From: a virus
Taxonomy: Duplodnaviria > Heunggongvirae > Uroviricota > Caudoviricetes
Length of the DNA: 64,000 bases
Virus record (IMG/VR): IMGVR_UViG_3300042154_004306
Reading direction: 5' to 3' (one strand)
The position numbers and the translations under genes are program-made. Below are positions 10,249 through 20,458 of the stretch, one piece after another. The stretch's first letter is position 1. Each line of letters begins with the position of its first letter. The notes under the pieces are model-generated. The model searched no databases. It was not told the origin of the DNA and worked only from the letters and a program-made list of their open reading frames with translations.

Positions 10249-12197
10249 GAGACTTTATAGCAAACAGCGGAGGTCGAACCCAAATGAAACTCTCCAATCT
10301 AGATCAGGAGAACAGTGCAATTTGGACGACAGAGAAGGTTCAAAAACTTCTCGATGACTTTGAGAATGGTATGATTGATATTAAGACCATTAAAAACTCG
10401 CCATTCAAAGATAATGACCCAGTGTGGAAGAAGGCAAATATCGTTTTCGAGTACACACCGGAAGAGCTTGAAGAGATTAAGCGTTGCAAGCACGATCCCG
10501 TTTACTTCGCGTCAAACTACGCTCAAGTAATGACAGAGGATGGAATCCAACAAATCACACTAAGAGATTACCAAGAAGAGATTATCAGGTCTTTCAAGAA
10601 TAGCCGATTCAATTGCCTAATGGCATCACGACAGATTGGTAAGACCGTAATGTCAGGAGTGTTCATTGCATGGTACCTGATATTCCATACTGATAAAAAC
10701 GTATTAGCGGTTGCTAACGTTGCCTCAACCACTAAAGAGGTATTGGACAAGATCAAATCGGTGTTGGAGAACCTACCGTTCTTTCTTAAACCGGGTTGCA
10801 TTTCAAATAACGTAATGTCGCTTAAGTTCGATAACGGCTGTCGTTTAATTGGTCGTACCACCACCAAAAATACCGGTATCGGTTTTACGATTCACGTACT
10901 GTACATTGATGAGTTCGCTCACATTAACCCATCTTACCTAGACTTCTTTTATCGAGCGATCTATCCTACTATTTCAGCCTCGACCAATTCAAAGGTAATC
11001 ATAACCTCAACCCCGAATGGAATGAACCGATTCTATGATATCTACATGGATGCAATCAACAGCCTAAATACATACGTGCCGTTGAGAGTTGACTGGTGGC
11101 AGGTTCCAGGCAGAGATGAGGAATGGAAGAAGATGACGATTGCCAACTTAGGTTCTGAGGAAGACTTTAATCAGGAATATGGACTTCAGTTCTTTTCATC
11201 AGATAAGTTACTGCTGCCTTCAAAAGACTTAAAAAAGGTCTTTTCATTCCGCACTACATACGAGGTCCCAGAATGGGCTCAAACTCCAGAGAATTTAGAC
11301 CTATTAGCCGGCCTAGTAGTTCATCCAAACTTCAACAAATTCACACCTGATGATATTAAAAACGATGGCAACACTTACGTATTCTCAATAGATACCGCAT
11401 CAGGCGTTGGCCGTGACTATTCGGTCATTAATATTTTTAAATTCACAGCTTTACCCCTTAAGATGCTAGAACAAGTGAAAGACTTCATCAAGAATGAGGG
11501 AGACTTTTTTGGACTTGTTCAGGTCGCTTCTTTTAGAAGCAATACAAAGGATATCAACGAGTTCAGCAATGTTCTTGAGTACTTGACGTATAAAGTGTTC
11601 AATCCAGAAAAAGTTAGGCTCTTAATTGAGCTTGACCATAAGGGCGATTATGTAATGGACAAAATTCAACAGAATGAGCTCTTTTGGCCCGGTCAATTAA
11701 TACATTCAAAACACATGACCTCTTCTACTAATTGGAAGCCTGGATTAAAGATGACTGAGTCTAATAAGACTAAGTATTGCGAGCGCTTCAAGTACTTGAC
11801 GGCAGTTAATAAAATTCTGCCTAATGAGTTTAAAACTGTGCATGAGCTTGGATCTTTCGGTAAAGCAGGTAACGGTACATATCGAAGTCAAAACGGCAAT
11901 GATGATTTGGCAATGACATGCGTATCAACCGCGGCCTTTTTTGAATCACCTAATTTTTGGGAGATAGTAAATGACGAATTGGATAGACTTGAATCAGAGT
12001 ACCTTCAAAAAGTCTATGCTCAGTTCCTGGGAGAGGCATACGTTGGCCATGATTTAGGATACAACCATGAAACGCTAAGAGACCTAAATCGTACGCCGGA
12101 AATAAAAAGGCCTGGAGCAACAAAACGATTCGACGAAAATGCGGTTGATGAGTACAAGAGACTACTTGGCCATTTTTACGGAAACAATACTCAATAA
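10245..12197 (+). CDS. terL: Terminase large subunit (T4 gp17-like)
   Basis: LRDYQ, ASRQIGKT (Walker A), LYIDEFAH (Walker B), ITSTPNG, SIDTASGVGRDYS, NDDLAM. Confidence 0.95.
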   Translation: MRDFIANSGGRTQMKLSNLDQENSAIWTTEKVQKLLDDFENGMIDIKTIKNSPFKDNDPVWKKANIVFEYTPEELEEIKRCKHDPVYFASNYAQVMTEDGIQQITLRDYQEEIIRSFKNSRFNCLMASRQIGKTVMSGVFIAWYLIFHTDKNVLAVANVASTTKEVLDKIKSVLENLPFFLKPGCISNNVMSLKFDNGCRLIGRTTTKNTGIGFTIHVLYIDEFAHINPSYLDFFYRAIYPTISASTNSKVIITSTPNGMNRFYDIYMDAINSLNTYVPLRVDWWQVPGRDEEWKKMTIANLGSEEDFNQEYGLQFFSSDKLLLPSKDLKKVFSFRTTYEVPEWAQTPENLDLLAGLVVHPNFNKFTPDDIKNDGNTYVFSIDTASGVGRDYSVINIFKFTALPLKMLEQVKDFIKNEGDFFGLVQVASFRSNTKDINEFSNVLEYLTYKVFNPEKVRLLIELDHKGDYVMDKIQQNELFWPGQLIHSKHMTSSTNWKPGLKMTESNKTKYCERFKYLTAVNKILPNEFKTVHELGSFGKAGNGTYRSQNGNDDLAMTCVSTAAFFESPNFWEIVNDELDRLESEYLQKVYAQFLGEAYVGHDLGYNHETLRDLNRTPEIKRPGATKRFDENAVDEYKRLLGHFYGNNTQ

Positions 12198-12203
12198 AAT
12201 TCT

Positions 12204-12515
12204 ATGAAAACTGACGAATTACTAGATTTCGATTACGAAAAAAATAAAAAGGAGATCTTCGATAAGATTGTAAAATCAATCACTTCAGCCATGAAAAAGA
12301 AGTCTCATCAAATTTACATCAAAAAGTTGATGATAGTCGACGAAGAAATTGATGTAGTTGCGAGCCAAGCGGATTGGCCTATTTGCCTCGACAAAGCAAT
12401 TAATTTCTATAAGCAGATTGAAGACTATGAGTCTTGTGCGAACTGCCGAAATTTACTATCCAAAATCAATGAACCCTCTAAAAAAACAAAATCAAATGCC
12501 AGAAAAACAAGTTAA
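12204..12515 (+). CDS. Hypothetical protein
   Basis: Compact ORF with FYKQIEDYESCA, similar to the YEKC motif of ORF 54052. Confidence 0.6.
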   Translation: MKTDELLDFDYEKNKKEIFDKIVKSITSAMKKKSHQIYIKKLMIVDEEIDVVASQADWPICLDKAINFYKQIEDYESCANCRNLLSKINEPSKKTKSNARKTS

Positions 12516-13212
12516 GAGAAAAGCCCAAACTCCAAAATTGGAGGTCACAGAAAAGGATTTACGCAACGTTAATCTTAAACCTTCACAGGAGAGTTACTGT
12601 CAAAAGATCATGACCAATGACATAACCTTTTGCTACGGCCCAGCCGGTACAAGTAAAACATTCACCGCGTGTCTAGCTGCTCTAAAGTTATACATGTCAG
12701 GAAAAATCAAAAAGATCATTTTATCAAAGCCCATTCAAGAGTCTGGCGAAAAACTTGGATTCTTACCTGGTGAAATTAAGGATAAAATCGATCCTTTTAT
12801 GGAAAGTTATCGTTCAAATTTGGTAAAATTATTACATGATCCAAATAGTGTTGGTTGGCTTGAAGCAATGGGAGTTATTGAGTTTAGACCTCTTGCCTAC
12901 ATGAGAGGAGCAACTTTTGATAATTGCTTGATGATTCTAGATGAAGCTCAAAATGCTGATTTTAAACAGCTAATGTTGTTCATAACTCGTATGGGGAAGG
13001 ACTCTAAGGTGTTAATTTGCGGAGATGTTAGCCAGTATGACATCGCAAAGAGTAAAGTAGCTTTACCGGAATTCATTAAATTGTTGGAAGGAATCAATAA
13101 CTTAGGCATTCATACCTTTAAGGATGAGGACATTGTAAGAAATAAAATCCTTATCCAAATTACTGAGCGCTACGAAAAATGGAAATCTGAAAACCCTAAA
13201 CACTTTAACTAA
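12496..13212 (+). CDS. phoH: PhoH-family ATPase
   Basis: GPAGTSKT, EKLGFLPG, PLAYMRGATF, ILDEAQN, GDVSQYD; ATG at 12496. Confidence 0.95.
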   Translation: MPEKQVKRKAQTPKLEVTEKDLRNVNLKPSQESYCQKIMTNDITFCYGPAGTSKTFTACLAALKLYMSGKIKKIILSKPIQESGEKLGFLPGEIKDKIDPFMESYRSNLVKLLHDPNSVGWLEAMGVIEFRPLAYMRGATFDNCLMILDEAQNADFKQLMLFITRMGKDSKVLICGDVSQYDIAKSKVALPEFIKLLEGINNLGIHTFKDEDIVRNKILIQITERYEKWKSENPKHFN

Positions 13213-13222
13213 CAATATATTA

Positions 13223-13849
13223 ATGAGCGCTTACGACCTAATTAACAAACACTTAAACGACGAAATGCAAAGCCTTGCCGAACTAATAAAGAGCGGCAAC
13301 TACACAGAACGGGATAGAAATAGGATAGCCTCAATCATGTATCCGAAATTAAAGTTCTTCATTTGGAAATTCTTTAATGACCCTGATGAAACTGAAGAAG
13401 TTCTTCATAATACTCTGTTTAAGATATTTAAGGGACTTACTTCATATAGCAATTCCTATCGATTCACAACTTGGATTTACACGATTGCTAAGAACGAAGC
13501 TCTATTACACCAACATAAGCTAAAGGTTCAATTCGCTCAGAGTCTTGATAACTTAACAAAACCTTTGAATATACCGGATGACTCTCTTTACACATTTCAC
13601 AGAGAAATTTACATGGATGATTTGTACGGTATGACTCAAACCGAACTTACTGGCCTACCGGACTGTATTGAAAAGTCGATTTTAATAGACAAAGAGATGC
13701 ATCACATGAGAGGCAATGAAATTGCTAAAAAGTACGATATGAATCTAAATACGGTTAAAACCAAGATTAGAAAGGCTCGTAAAATGCTAAGAGAAGCAGT
13801 GTTGGAAAAGAATCCAGAAATGATTGACCGATTAAAAGAATACTTTTAA
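13223..13849 (+). CDS. ECF-type RNA polymerase sigma factor
   Basis: Region 2 YRFTTWIYTIAKNEAL; region 4 EIAKKYDMNLNTVKTKIRKARKML. Confidence 0.9.
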   Translation: MSAYDLINKHLNDEMQSLAELIKSGNYTERDRNRIASIMYPKLKFFIWKFFNDPDETEEVLHNTLFKIFKGLTSYSNSYRFTTWIYTIAKNEALLHQHKLKVQFAQSLDNLTKPLNIPDDSLYTFHREIYMDDLYGMTQTELTGLPDCIEKSILIDKEMHHMRGNEIAKKYDMNLNTVKTKIRKARKMLREAVLEKNPEMIDRLKEYF

Positions 13850-13851
13850 AT

Positions 13852-14358
13852 ATGGGACTACTAAATTTAATTAATCCAATTGAAGAGATCAATTCAATAA
13901 GAACAATAGTAAAGGACATTACGAATTACCTATTCTATCGCAAACAAATCAAAGCCATCGACTCGGCCGGTATTTTCAAGACTAAACGAATGCGAACCGA
14001 TTGGTTCAGTAGAGTTTATTACGTTGTTAATTTAGAGCCTGAGCTCCAGTTAGCAACTGGCGATCTAATTGACCTTGAGAAGAGCAGAGTGTTTGAATCA
14101 GTTTCTAAAGTCCAAGGAATTTTTGCGGACCGTAATCTAATAGAGATAATTGATGTTTCGTCCAAGCGAATAAAGGACGATAATTACTACGCGTATTTAG
14201 TCACTATTAAATATCGAGCGGAAACCGTCTTTTCTGATATTGTTCGAGCCGTGATATTAGGACTTCTATTATACAGCTTAGTTCACCTGGGATTTTGGGT
14301 AGGTGAAAATTGGGAATTTGTGAAAGCCTCGGCTATTAATAAACTCAACAGTAAGTAA
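13852..14358 (+). CDS. Hypothetical protein with C-terminal TM helix
   Basis: Hydrophobic stretch IVRAVILGLLLYSLVHLGFW. Confidence 0.6.
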   Translation: MGLLNLINPIEEINSIRTIVKDITNYLFYRKQIKAIDSAGIFKTKRMRTDWFSRVYYVVNLEPELQLATGDLIDLEKSRVFESVSKVQGIFADRNLIEIIDVSSKRIKDDNYYAYLVTIKYRAETVFSDIVRAVILGLLLYSLVHLGFWVGENWEFVKASAINKLNSK

Positions 14359-14386
14359 ATAAATAACTAAAAATATTTCACAATTT

Positions 14387-14686
14387 ATGAAATTCATTAA
14401 ACTTCATTTTGAAAAAATTGTTTTGGGTTTACTATTGGTAATCTTTATTCAACAGTGCAGCACATCAAACCGAGTTAACAAGATTGAAAAGCAGGCAAAA
14501 GTAATGAATCAAAGAATCGATTCAGTATACACATCAGATCTACGAAAGATGATTGAGATCGAAGGATTACGTGCATCAAAGCGTACGCTATACGATTGGA
14601 ATGCAGTCGTTAGATCAGCAGTTCGTCCTGACGATCGTATGCATGAGTATGATTCTCAAATTGAAAAAATACAGAAGTCTAAATAA
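14387..14686 (+). CDS. Membrane-anchored/lipoprotein-like coiled-coil protein
   Basis: Signal-like N-terminus ending QQC; late promoter at 14359-14366. Confidence 0.55.
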   Translation: MKFIKLHFEKIVLGLLLVIFIQQCSTSNRVNKIEKQAKVMNQRIDSVYTSDLRKMIEIEGLRASKRTLYDWNAVVRSAVRPDDRMHEYDSQIEKIQKSK

Positions 14687-15387
14687 TGACAAAGAAGGCA
14701 ACTCACGTATTCATAATAAGTACGTTTGTTACTCTATACCTACTGGTTTCGATCATTTCAACGATTCACGTTATTGATTTCTTTTTAATGTCGAATCCGA
14801 AATGGTTAGCAGTTAGTCTAGCTATTGCATTTGAAGTTGGAGCAGCGGCTTCGCTAGCCTCAATCATTACCCTCGATAAAATGAATAAGGGTATTGTTTG
14901 GGGACTCTTTATTTTACTGACCGTGATGCAGGCAATGGGTAACACCTATTACACATACGTTCACTTAATCAATTTTCAGGGTTGGATTGAACTATTTGGA
15001 CTAGTAGATGAGGAACTAATTTATCAAAAACGAGTTCTATCAATCGTTAGTGGAGCGATTCTACCGATTGTTGCATTAGGCTTCATTAAATCATTGGTCG
15101 ACTATATTAAGCCAGCAGATGAACCCGTAAATGATATTGCAATTGAAACGCCTGAACCTGAAAAAGAAGTTCCATACGTTAGCGATGATTTTCAAATAGG
15201 ACCGGACGGCGCGTATGAGCATGTTGATGAACCAGTTGAAGATTTTTCCGAAACTCAGCCTGAGGTTGAGCATTCTGTTGAAATTACAACTGAACCTGAG
15301 GTAGATAATAATAACATACGCCAATCTCGATTGTCAGATGATGCTCTAGCTCGAGGAGCAAGAATATCATTTAGTGATAGGATTTAA
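14686..15387 (+). CDS. Four-TM membrane protein with acidic C-terminal tail
   Basis: Four hydrophobic segments; tail contains PYVSDDFQIGPDGAYEH. Confidence 0.65.
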   Translation: MTKKATHVFIISTFVTLYLLVSIISTIHVIDFFLMSNPKWLAVSLAIAFEVGAAASLASIITLDKMNKGIVWGLFILLTVMQAMGNTYYTYVHLINFQGWIELFGLVDEELIYQKRVLSIVSGAILPIVALGFIKSLVDYIKPADEPVNDIAIETPEPEKEVPYVSDDFQIGPDGAYEHVDEPVEDFSETQPEVEHSVEITTEPEVDNNNIRQSRLSDDALARGARISFSDRI

Positions 15388-15403
15388 AAATAGTCTACTT
15401 TAA

Positions 15404-16111
15404 ATGCCATACATTAATTTCCAAGATGATCCGATTCCACAAAGAGTAAACAACTCATTTGCGAATCTATGTTCGTCTGATCCAAGTAAAAAAGTTCTAA
15501 AGATATTAGACAAGTGTTTCATTATCATAAATAATGGAAAAACTGAGGCTAAATTTTGCGATCTTGAAAAACTTTTATATCCAGTAGACGGACACCTACT
15601 TATCGATTTTGAAGTTTGTGCAGAAGAGAGGCTATCGGTATACGATAACTCATTAGAGGATATTTTATCAAGCAGCCCATCCGGTGCATCCGTATACTAT
15701 CCATTAGGCTTAGGCACTGAGTACATGATCCCAGCCGGATACACAGGACCTTCATCATCTCCTTCATCTAGCCCATCGTCAACCCCATACTATTTCATTC
15801 TACCAGTGGACCGCAATTACGTTAGAGGTTGTATTGTATACATCGACTATCCTGTACTAGATAAGAACGGTTCGGACGTTTTACCTGCAGACCAATCATG
15901 TGAAATTAAGCTGGTTGACCAAGACCTAAACGAGTCAACTCACCCAGTAGGCAATTTCTTTTCTCACTTAGGTAATCCAATGACGCGTAATGCCAATAAG
16001 CTAATAAATAAGATAGAGATATACAACCCAAATCCTAATTTTAGCGTTAAGGTGAGAGGTATGGTAATCTATGTAAAGGGCAATCCGGATCCAAATAACT
16101 GTGCTTGCTAA
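15404..16111 (+). CDS. Hypothetical (virion?) protein
   Basis: ORF in late cluster with a Ser/Pro repeat SSSPSSSPSS. Confidence 0.55.
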   Translation: MPYINFQDDPIPQRVNNSFANLCSSDPSKKVLKILDKCFIIINNGKTEAKFCDLEKLLYPVDGHLLIDFEVCAEERLSVYDNSLEDILSSSPSGASVYYPLGLGTEYMIPAGYTGPSSSPSSSPSSTPYYFILPVDRNYVRGCIVYIDYPVLDKNGSDVLPADQSCEIKLVDQDLNESTHPVGNFFSHLGNPMTRNANKLINKIEIYNPNPNFSVKVRGMVIYVKGNPDPNNCAC

Positions 16112-16126
16112 AAAATTTAAAAAGAA

Positions 16127-16462
16127 ATGAATCATTCATCAGTTGCAAAACTTTTAAAAACTCACACTGACTCAAACAATTCAATGAATTACACACCAAC
16201 TTTCGTGAATGGGTCTTCTCGTGAAATTAATGCCAATGATACCGGTATAGGTTACTACACCGACACTTGGTACGGCATCCATAATCCAAGCGGGTCAGCT
16301 ATTTCAGTAACAGTCAAGACTGCCGACCAGGGTACTGCTGGCACAGGTGCAGTCGTTAGAATTAATGCGGGTGAGACTTTCTATGCAGTTATTTCAACTA
16401 TTACTGTTGGCTCTGGAGTAACAGTCGTTCTATTAGGTATTCCAACAACATTTAGTAGATAA
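16127..16462 (+). CDS. Hypothetical small beta-rich virion protein
   Basis: Gly/Thr/Ser-rich ORF in late cluster. Confidence 0.55.
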   Translation: MNHSSVAKLLKTHTDSNNSMNYTPTFVNGSSREINANDTGIGYYTDTWYGIHNPSGSAISVTVKTADQGTAGTGAVVRINAGETFYAVISTITVGSGVTVVLLGIPTTFSR

Positions 16463-16914
16463 TGGGACCAGTACTTACATTTGGACAAAGACAACAGGCG
16501 CTAAAGGGATTGCCTTTCTACGGAAAGAGCGATTTTAACTTTGTTGCGTCCAGAAGTAATTTCTCAGGAGGTATCGCAATTAAGGTACTTCCACTATCTG
16601 ATCTTTCTAGAGCTCAAACCGTTAATATTGATGATTTTGATAGAGAAATTAAGCACTTAAACCAAGCCTTCAAAACTGGTTCCAGAATAAGCGGAATCAC
16701 GGTTAATTCTCCATTCACAGGTAAAAAGGGAGAAGGTGAATCGGTCATAGGTAAATTTGAAAGTTTTAAAATCGATAAGCCTAACCAGACAATCCGAGCG
16801 TTCATTAGAGATCCAAAATCAATGAAGCTAGTTGAAGTTTACCCTGAAACACTGACTCGTCTTACGGAGTCTACTTCCCATGTAGCGAAAACCTTCCTGG
16901 ATTTCGTGATATAA
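16462..16914 (+). CDS. Hypothetical protein with C-terminal LTE...KTFLDF tag-like motif
   Basis: Coupled ORF; C-terminus resembles the capsid-targeting-like motif found in other genes. Confidence 0.55.
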   Translation: MGPVLTFGQRQQALKGLPFYGKSDFNFVASRSNFSGGIAIKVLPLSDLSRAQTVNIDDFDREIKHLNQAFKTGSRISGITVNSPFTGKKGEGESVIGKFESFKIDKPNQTIRAFIRDPKSMKLVEVYPETLTRLTESTSHVAKTFLDFVI

Positions 16915-16934
16915 TCTTAAAAGAACAAATACTT

Positions 16935-17972
16935 ATGGCAATAGAACAAGAGAAGGATCTTGGCGGAGAAGAAGAAATATCTTCATTTCTCGAGCAAGAG
17001 GACTCAAAGTACGGCAAAAATTCAAACGATACAGCTAAGTCGGTTGAAGCTGAGAAACTGCTACCTAAAACTAATTTAGGAACTGCCCGATCAGTTCAAA
17101 TCGCAGAAGAGTCTTCGATTTCTGGTGCAAACGATGGATACTGGAAGAACGTGCCTCTTGAGAATTTACCATCAGGCGGATTATTTTACGCAGAAGGTTC
17201 AGAATTAACGATTAGAGCAGCAACCGTTTCCGAAATAAGACACTGGTCAACCATTGACGAGGATGATGTTCTTGACATAGACGATAAGTTGAATTTCATA
17301 ATTGAAAAGTGTACTCGATTTAAAGTCAAAGGCGGTCAGTCCTGGTTAACTTGGAGAGATATTTTAGAGATCGATAGGTTATACGTAATCTTTTTGATTC
17401 ATGAAATAAGCTTTCCAGACGGTCAGAACGAACTTTTCGTTAAGTTACAGTGTACTGAAACTTGTTCAGAAGAAGGTAAGTTCAACGACGAGGTCAAGGT
17501 TAAGAGCGGAATGCTTCAATTTTTCGAATTTCCATCTGAACTTGAGCCATGGTATTCGGCTGAGTATCGCTGCTTTGAAGTAGTTTCGCAAAAGTTAAAT
17601 GAAACGTTCTATTTGTACATGCCGACAATCGGCGTAATCGAAAGACTACGTAAACGCATAGCTGAGGCAAAGACTCTAAATCGATCAATCGATAAGTCTT
17701 TTATAAAGATTGCACCGTACATCATTCAAGATTGGACCAAGTTTGGTCAGCAAGAATATGCAGCACTACAATCCGAAACTTTAGGTTGGCATATTAATAA
17801 GTTCACATTCATTACCAAATTCGTTGATCAGGTACAAGCCTCACGAGATAATTCAGTGACGGCTCAATGCCCTAAGTGTGGAGCAAAATTGACGTCATCA
17901 ATTTTTTCGTCAAACAGCTTCACTGTCAAAGATCTTTTCCTTATTTCAGGTAGACTTGACCAACTTATTTGA
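16935..17972 (+). CDS. Baseplate hub assembly protein (T4 gp26-like)
   Basis: LPSGGLFY, LTIRAATVSEI, IDRLYVIFLI, C-terminal CPKCG. Confidence 0.7.
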   Translation: MAIEQEKDLGGEEEISSFLEQEDSKYGKNSNDTAKSVEAEKLLPKTNLGTARSVQIAEESSISGANDGYWKNVPLENLPSGGLFYAEGSELTIRAATVSEIRHWSTIDEDDVLDIDDKLNFIIEKCTRFKVKGGQSWLTWRDILEIDRLYVIFLIHEISFPDGQNELFVKLQCTETCSEEGKFNDEVKVKSGMLQFFEFPSELEPWYSAEYRCFEVVSQKLNETFYLYMPTIGVIERLRKRIAEAKTLNRSIDKSFIKIAPYIIQDWTKFGQQEYAALQSETLGWHINKFTFITKFVDQVQASRDNSVTAQCPKCGAKLTSSIFSSNSFTVKDLFLISGRLDQLI

Positions 17973-18129
17973 GACCAATCGTCTCCTGGCAGTGAAGCTG
18001 CACCAATCGATAACCGAACTTTACGGATTACCTTTCTACGAGTACCTAAGCTATGTCAAATTCTTAATAGATGAGTCTGGCACAAACACTCAAGAAGTAT
18101 TCGAAATTCAAACTGGACTTGATGCATAA
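17956..18129 (+). CDS. Small gp51-like hub assembly protein (absent from ORF track; TTG start or frameshift)
   Basis: LTNLFETNRLLAVKLHQSITELYGLPFYEYLSYVKFL resembles the T4-like gp51 pattern; frame open from 17893. Confidence 0.6.
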   Translation: MTNLFETNRLLAVKLHQSITELYGLPFYEYLSYVKFLIDESGTNTQEVFEIQTGLDA

Positions 18130-18179
18130 TTTGCTCAGGTCCTTTGTTTTTTAATAAATAACCAAAAGAACTTAACCAA

Positions 18180-19607
18180 GTGAAATATAATCAGAACTAC
18201 TTAACGTCAGCGACTCTGTTTACCGAGGCTGGAATAACTAGGCTAGATATTAGAGTTACTGATATCGCTAACGGAGAAATAGTCGCATCTGCTGGCGCGA
18301 ATGAAGGTAGTTTAAAAACAATACACCAAACTGCAATCGATGAAATAAGGGATAAGCTTGATGAATTAAAGATAGTCGGTGTAATTCTACCAAGCGTTAA
18401 ACAGTTGAAGGAAGGCGAAATCAGGTTATTTCCTTCAAAGCCTCAGGCCGGCAGTATCATATCATCCGATCTTAGTTTATTAACCCCGGCGTCTATTTTA
18501 GAAAATGAGATTAACAAACTATCAACCCCCAAGAATATTCCAACCGAAGAAACTGTTTTATCTAGCGAAACGGCTAAATCAACAGTTAGCGAATCTTCAA
18601 CTAGCTTAAAATCTTTACCGATTGAAAATTCAGTCGAGGTCCCTAAAACGACTGAGGCCAAATCTGCTGAGTCTGAAGTTAGATCTACACCAATTCCGAC
18701 AGTTAAGCCTGAGCCGGTCGAATCTGTTAAGATTGTGACTGTACCGGTTGAAGTTGAAAGGGCTGCTCCATTGGCAGCAACCGTTGCAACTTCCGGTAAC
18801 GTTACACAAGCAGCAGTTTCGCCAATCACGACAACTAACATTACCTCGAATACAGTTAATAAAACCGGCGAATCGATTGCTACTGCTACCGAAAAGGAGA
18901 TCACTAAGGCCTTATTGGAAAGTACTAACTCTGTTAGTAAGACAACTGACGTCTCACAAAAGTCAACCAATTCAATCATAAAGGATGGATCAACTCTTTT
19001 AAAAGAACTTAGCTCAACCAAAGAAACTTCTCAAAAGTCAACCATTGAAAAAGTGACTTCTCCAGAAGATTTAATTCTTTCAAGTTTTGGATCAGTTGAC
19101 TTTATGCAAGGTCTTATTAAAGAGGGCGTAAAATTTTCTGGTTCTGATAATATATTAAAGGCAGCAAACGAAAAAAAGGAGTCTCTGGCTAGTGGAGTTG
19201 AATCAGGTAATAGCAAAATCTCTTCCGAGGTAGCTAGTTTAAAAACATCAAAACTAGCTGATTCCAATTCGGTAAAACAATTGCTAACTCCTGATAAAAC
19301 TTTAGAAAGGAGCGTTCGTAAATTAACTAAGGATCTTCCTGAATCAATAAACAATCTAAATTCGTCATTTAGCAACTTCTCTCCGCAAAGTTCAAGTACG
19401 GCAACCGTTACAAATGAAGGAGCTAAAATTGATCAGAGTAGCACAGTTAATTCAATGCAACCAAATAACCGGCAAGTCAGTCAACCGGAGACAGCTTCAC
19501 CGCAAGCTAATTCTCAAACCGGCATGAATCAGAGTGATTTTTACATGCAGGCAATATACGCAGCATTGATGTCGGGTAAAATCAGAGTTAAACTAGAACA
19601 ATTATAA
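18180..19607 (+). CDS. Ser/Thr-rich low-complexity late protein (possible tape-measure/hub-related)
   Basis: Late promoter at 18154-18161; follows the gp26/gp51-like pair. Confidence 0.45.
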   Translation: MKYNQNYLTSATLFTEAGITRLDIRVTDIANGEIVASAGANEGSLKTIHQTAIDEIRDKLDELKIVGVILPSVKQLKEGEIRLFPSKPQAGSIISSDLSLLTPASILENEINKLSTPKNIPTEETVLSSETAKSTVSESSTSLKSLPIENSVEVPKTTEAKSAESEVRSTPIPTVKPEPVESVKIVTVPVEVERAAPLAATVATSGNVTQAAVSPITTTNITSNTVNKTGESIATATEKEITKALLESTNSVSKTTDVSQKSTNSIIKDGSTLLKELSSTKETSQKSTIEKVTSPEDLILSSFGSVDFMQGLIKEGVKFSGSDNILKAANEKKESLASGVESGNSKISSEVASLKTSKLADSNSVKQLLTPDKTLERSVRKLTKDLPESINNLNSSFSNFSPQSSSTATVTNEGAKIDQSSTVNSMQPNNRQVSQPETASPQANSQTGMNQSDFYMQAIYAALMSGKIRVKLEQL

Positions 19608-19608
19608 T

Positions 19609-19836
19609 ATGGAACACATAAATCAAATTCGAGAAATCGTAAACGAGTACAGCAAGATAACTGCTGGAATTAATGAGCTTGAAAGAATGACTCAATTGCT
19701 AAACTTTAGAAAAAATGAGTTAGAGACAGCATTGAACAACAACAAGAACCGTGAGAAAGCCCTAATAGATAAAATAGTAGAGGAGACTGGTCAGGCTCCA
19801 GACTTTTATAAAATTATGTCAGACTTAAATGTTTAA
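19609..19836 (+). CDS. Hypothetical coiled-coil protein
   Basis: ORF in operon context. Confidence 0.55.
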   Translation: MEHINQIREIVNEYSKITAGINELERMTQLLNFRKNELETALNNNKNREKALIDKIVEETGQAPDFYKIMSDLNV

Positions 19837-20458
19837 ACCATTATTGAAATTAGATCTAAAATCGATACTACTTGTCGTATTAGTGCTAATAATTGTATTA
19901 ATGAGATCGTGCGAAGGTGGAGACTCTAAACCTGTAACTACCGTTAAGATCGATGGAAAAAAATACGAAGTCGTAAAGCACGATATCGATACATTTATCC
20001 AAAAGAAAGAAACTGTTGTTTACAAAAAAGGTACCGATATTTACCATGACACGACAATCTACGTACCAACTCCAATTAGCTTTGATACAGTACAGGTGGT
20101 AAACGACTATTATGCTAAACGAGTTTACACAGATACTTTAAAATTAGCAGATTCGCTAGGTTACATTGTAGTTAATGACACAATTTCACAAAATAGCTTA
20201 CTAGGTAGATTATGGAATGCCCAAGTAAATAAGACAACTATAAAAGAAACGCTAATCGTTAAAGAGCTTCCAAAGAATCAAGTTTATATTGGTTTAGTCG
20301 GATGTTTCGATAAGGCAACCGTTGTTAACTTTGCAGGTCCATCGATAATGTTAAAAACGAAAACTGACAAAGTGTACAGTATCGGAGTCGGATACTCTGC
20401 CTCTAAAGTAGTGTCAATTCAAGGTGGATTGTACTGGAAAATTAAATTAAAGAAATAA
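19829..20458 (+). CDS. Membrane-anchored/lipoprotein-like protein (possible spanin)
   Basis: Hydrophobic N-terminus followed by MRSC; beta-rich C-terminus ending YWKIKLKK. Confidence 0.5.
   Translation: MFKPLLKLDLKSILLVVLVLIIVLMRSCEGGDSKPVTTVKIDGKKYEVVKHDIDTFIQKKETVVYKKGTDIYHDTTIYVPTPISFDTVQVVNDYYAKRVYTDTLKLADSLGYIVVNDTISQNSLLGRLWNAQVNKTTIKETLIVKELPKNQVYIGLVGCFDKATVVNFAGPSIMLKTKTDKVYSIGVGYSASKVVSIQGGLYWKIKLKK

Noticed and set aside
18443-19375. Antisense ORFs here and similar shadows (27334, 27988, 23504, 56631)
   Set aside because: They mirror the codon bias of the sense genes and have no motifs or expression signals.
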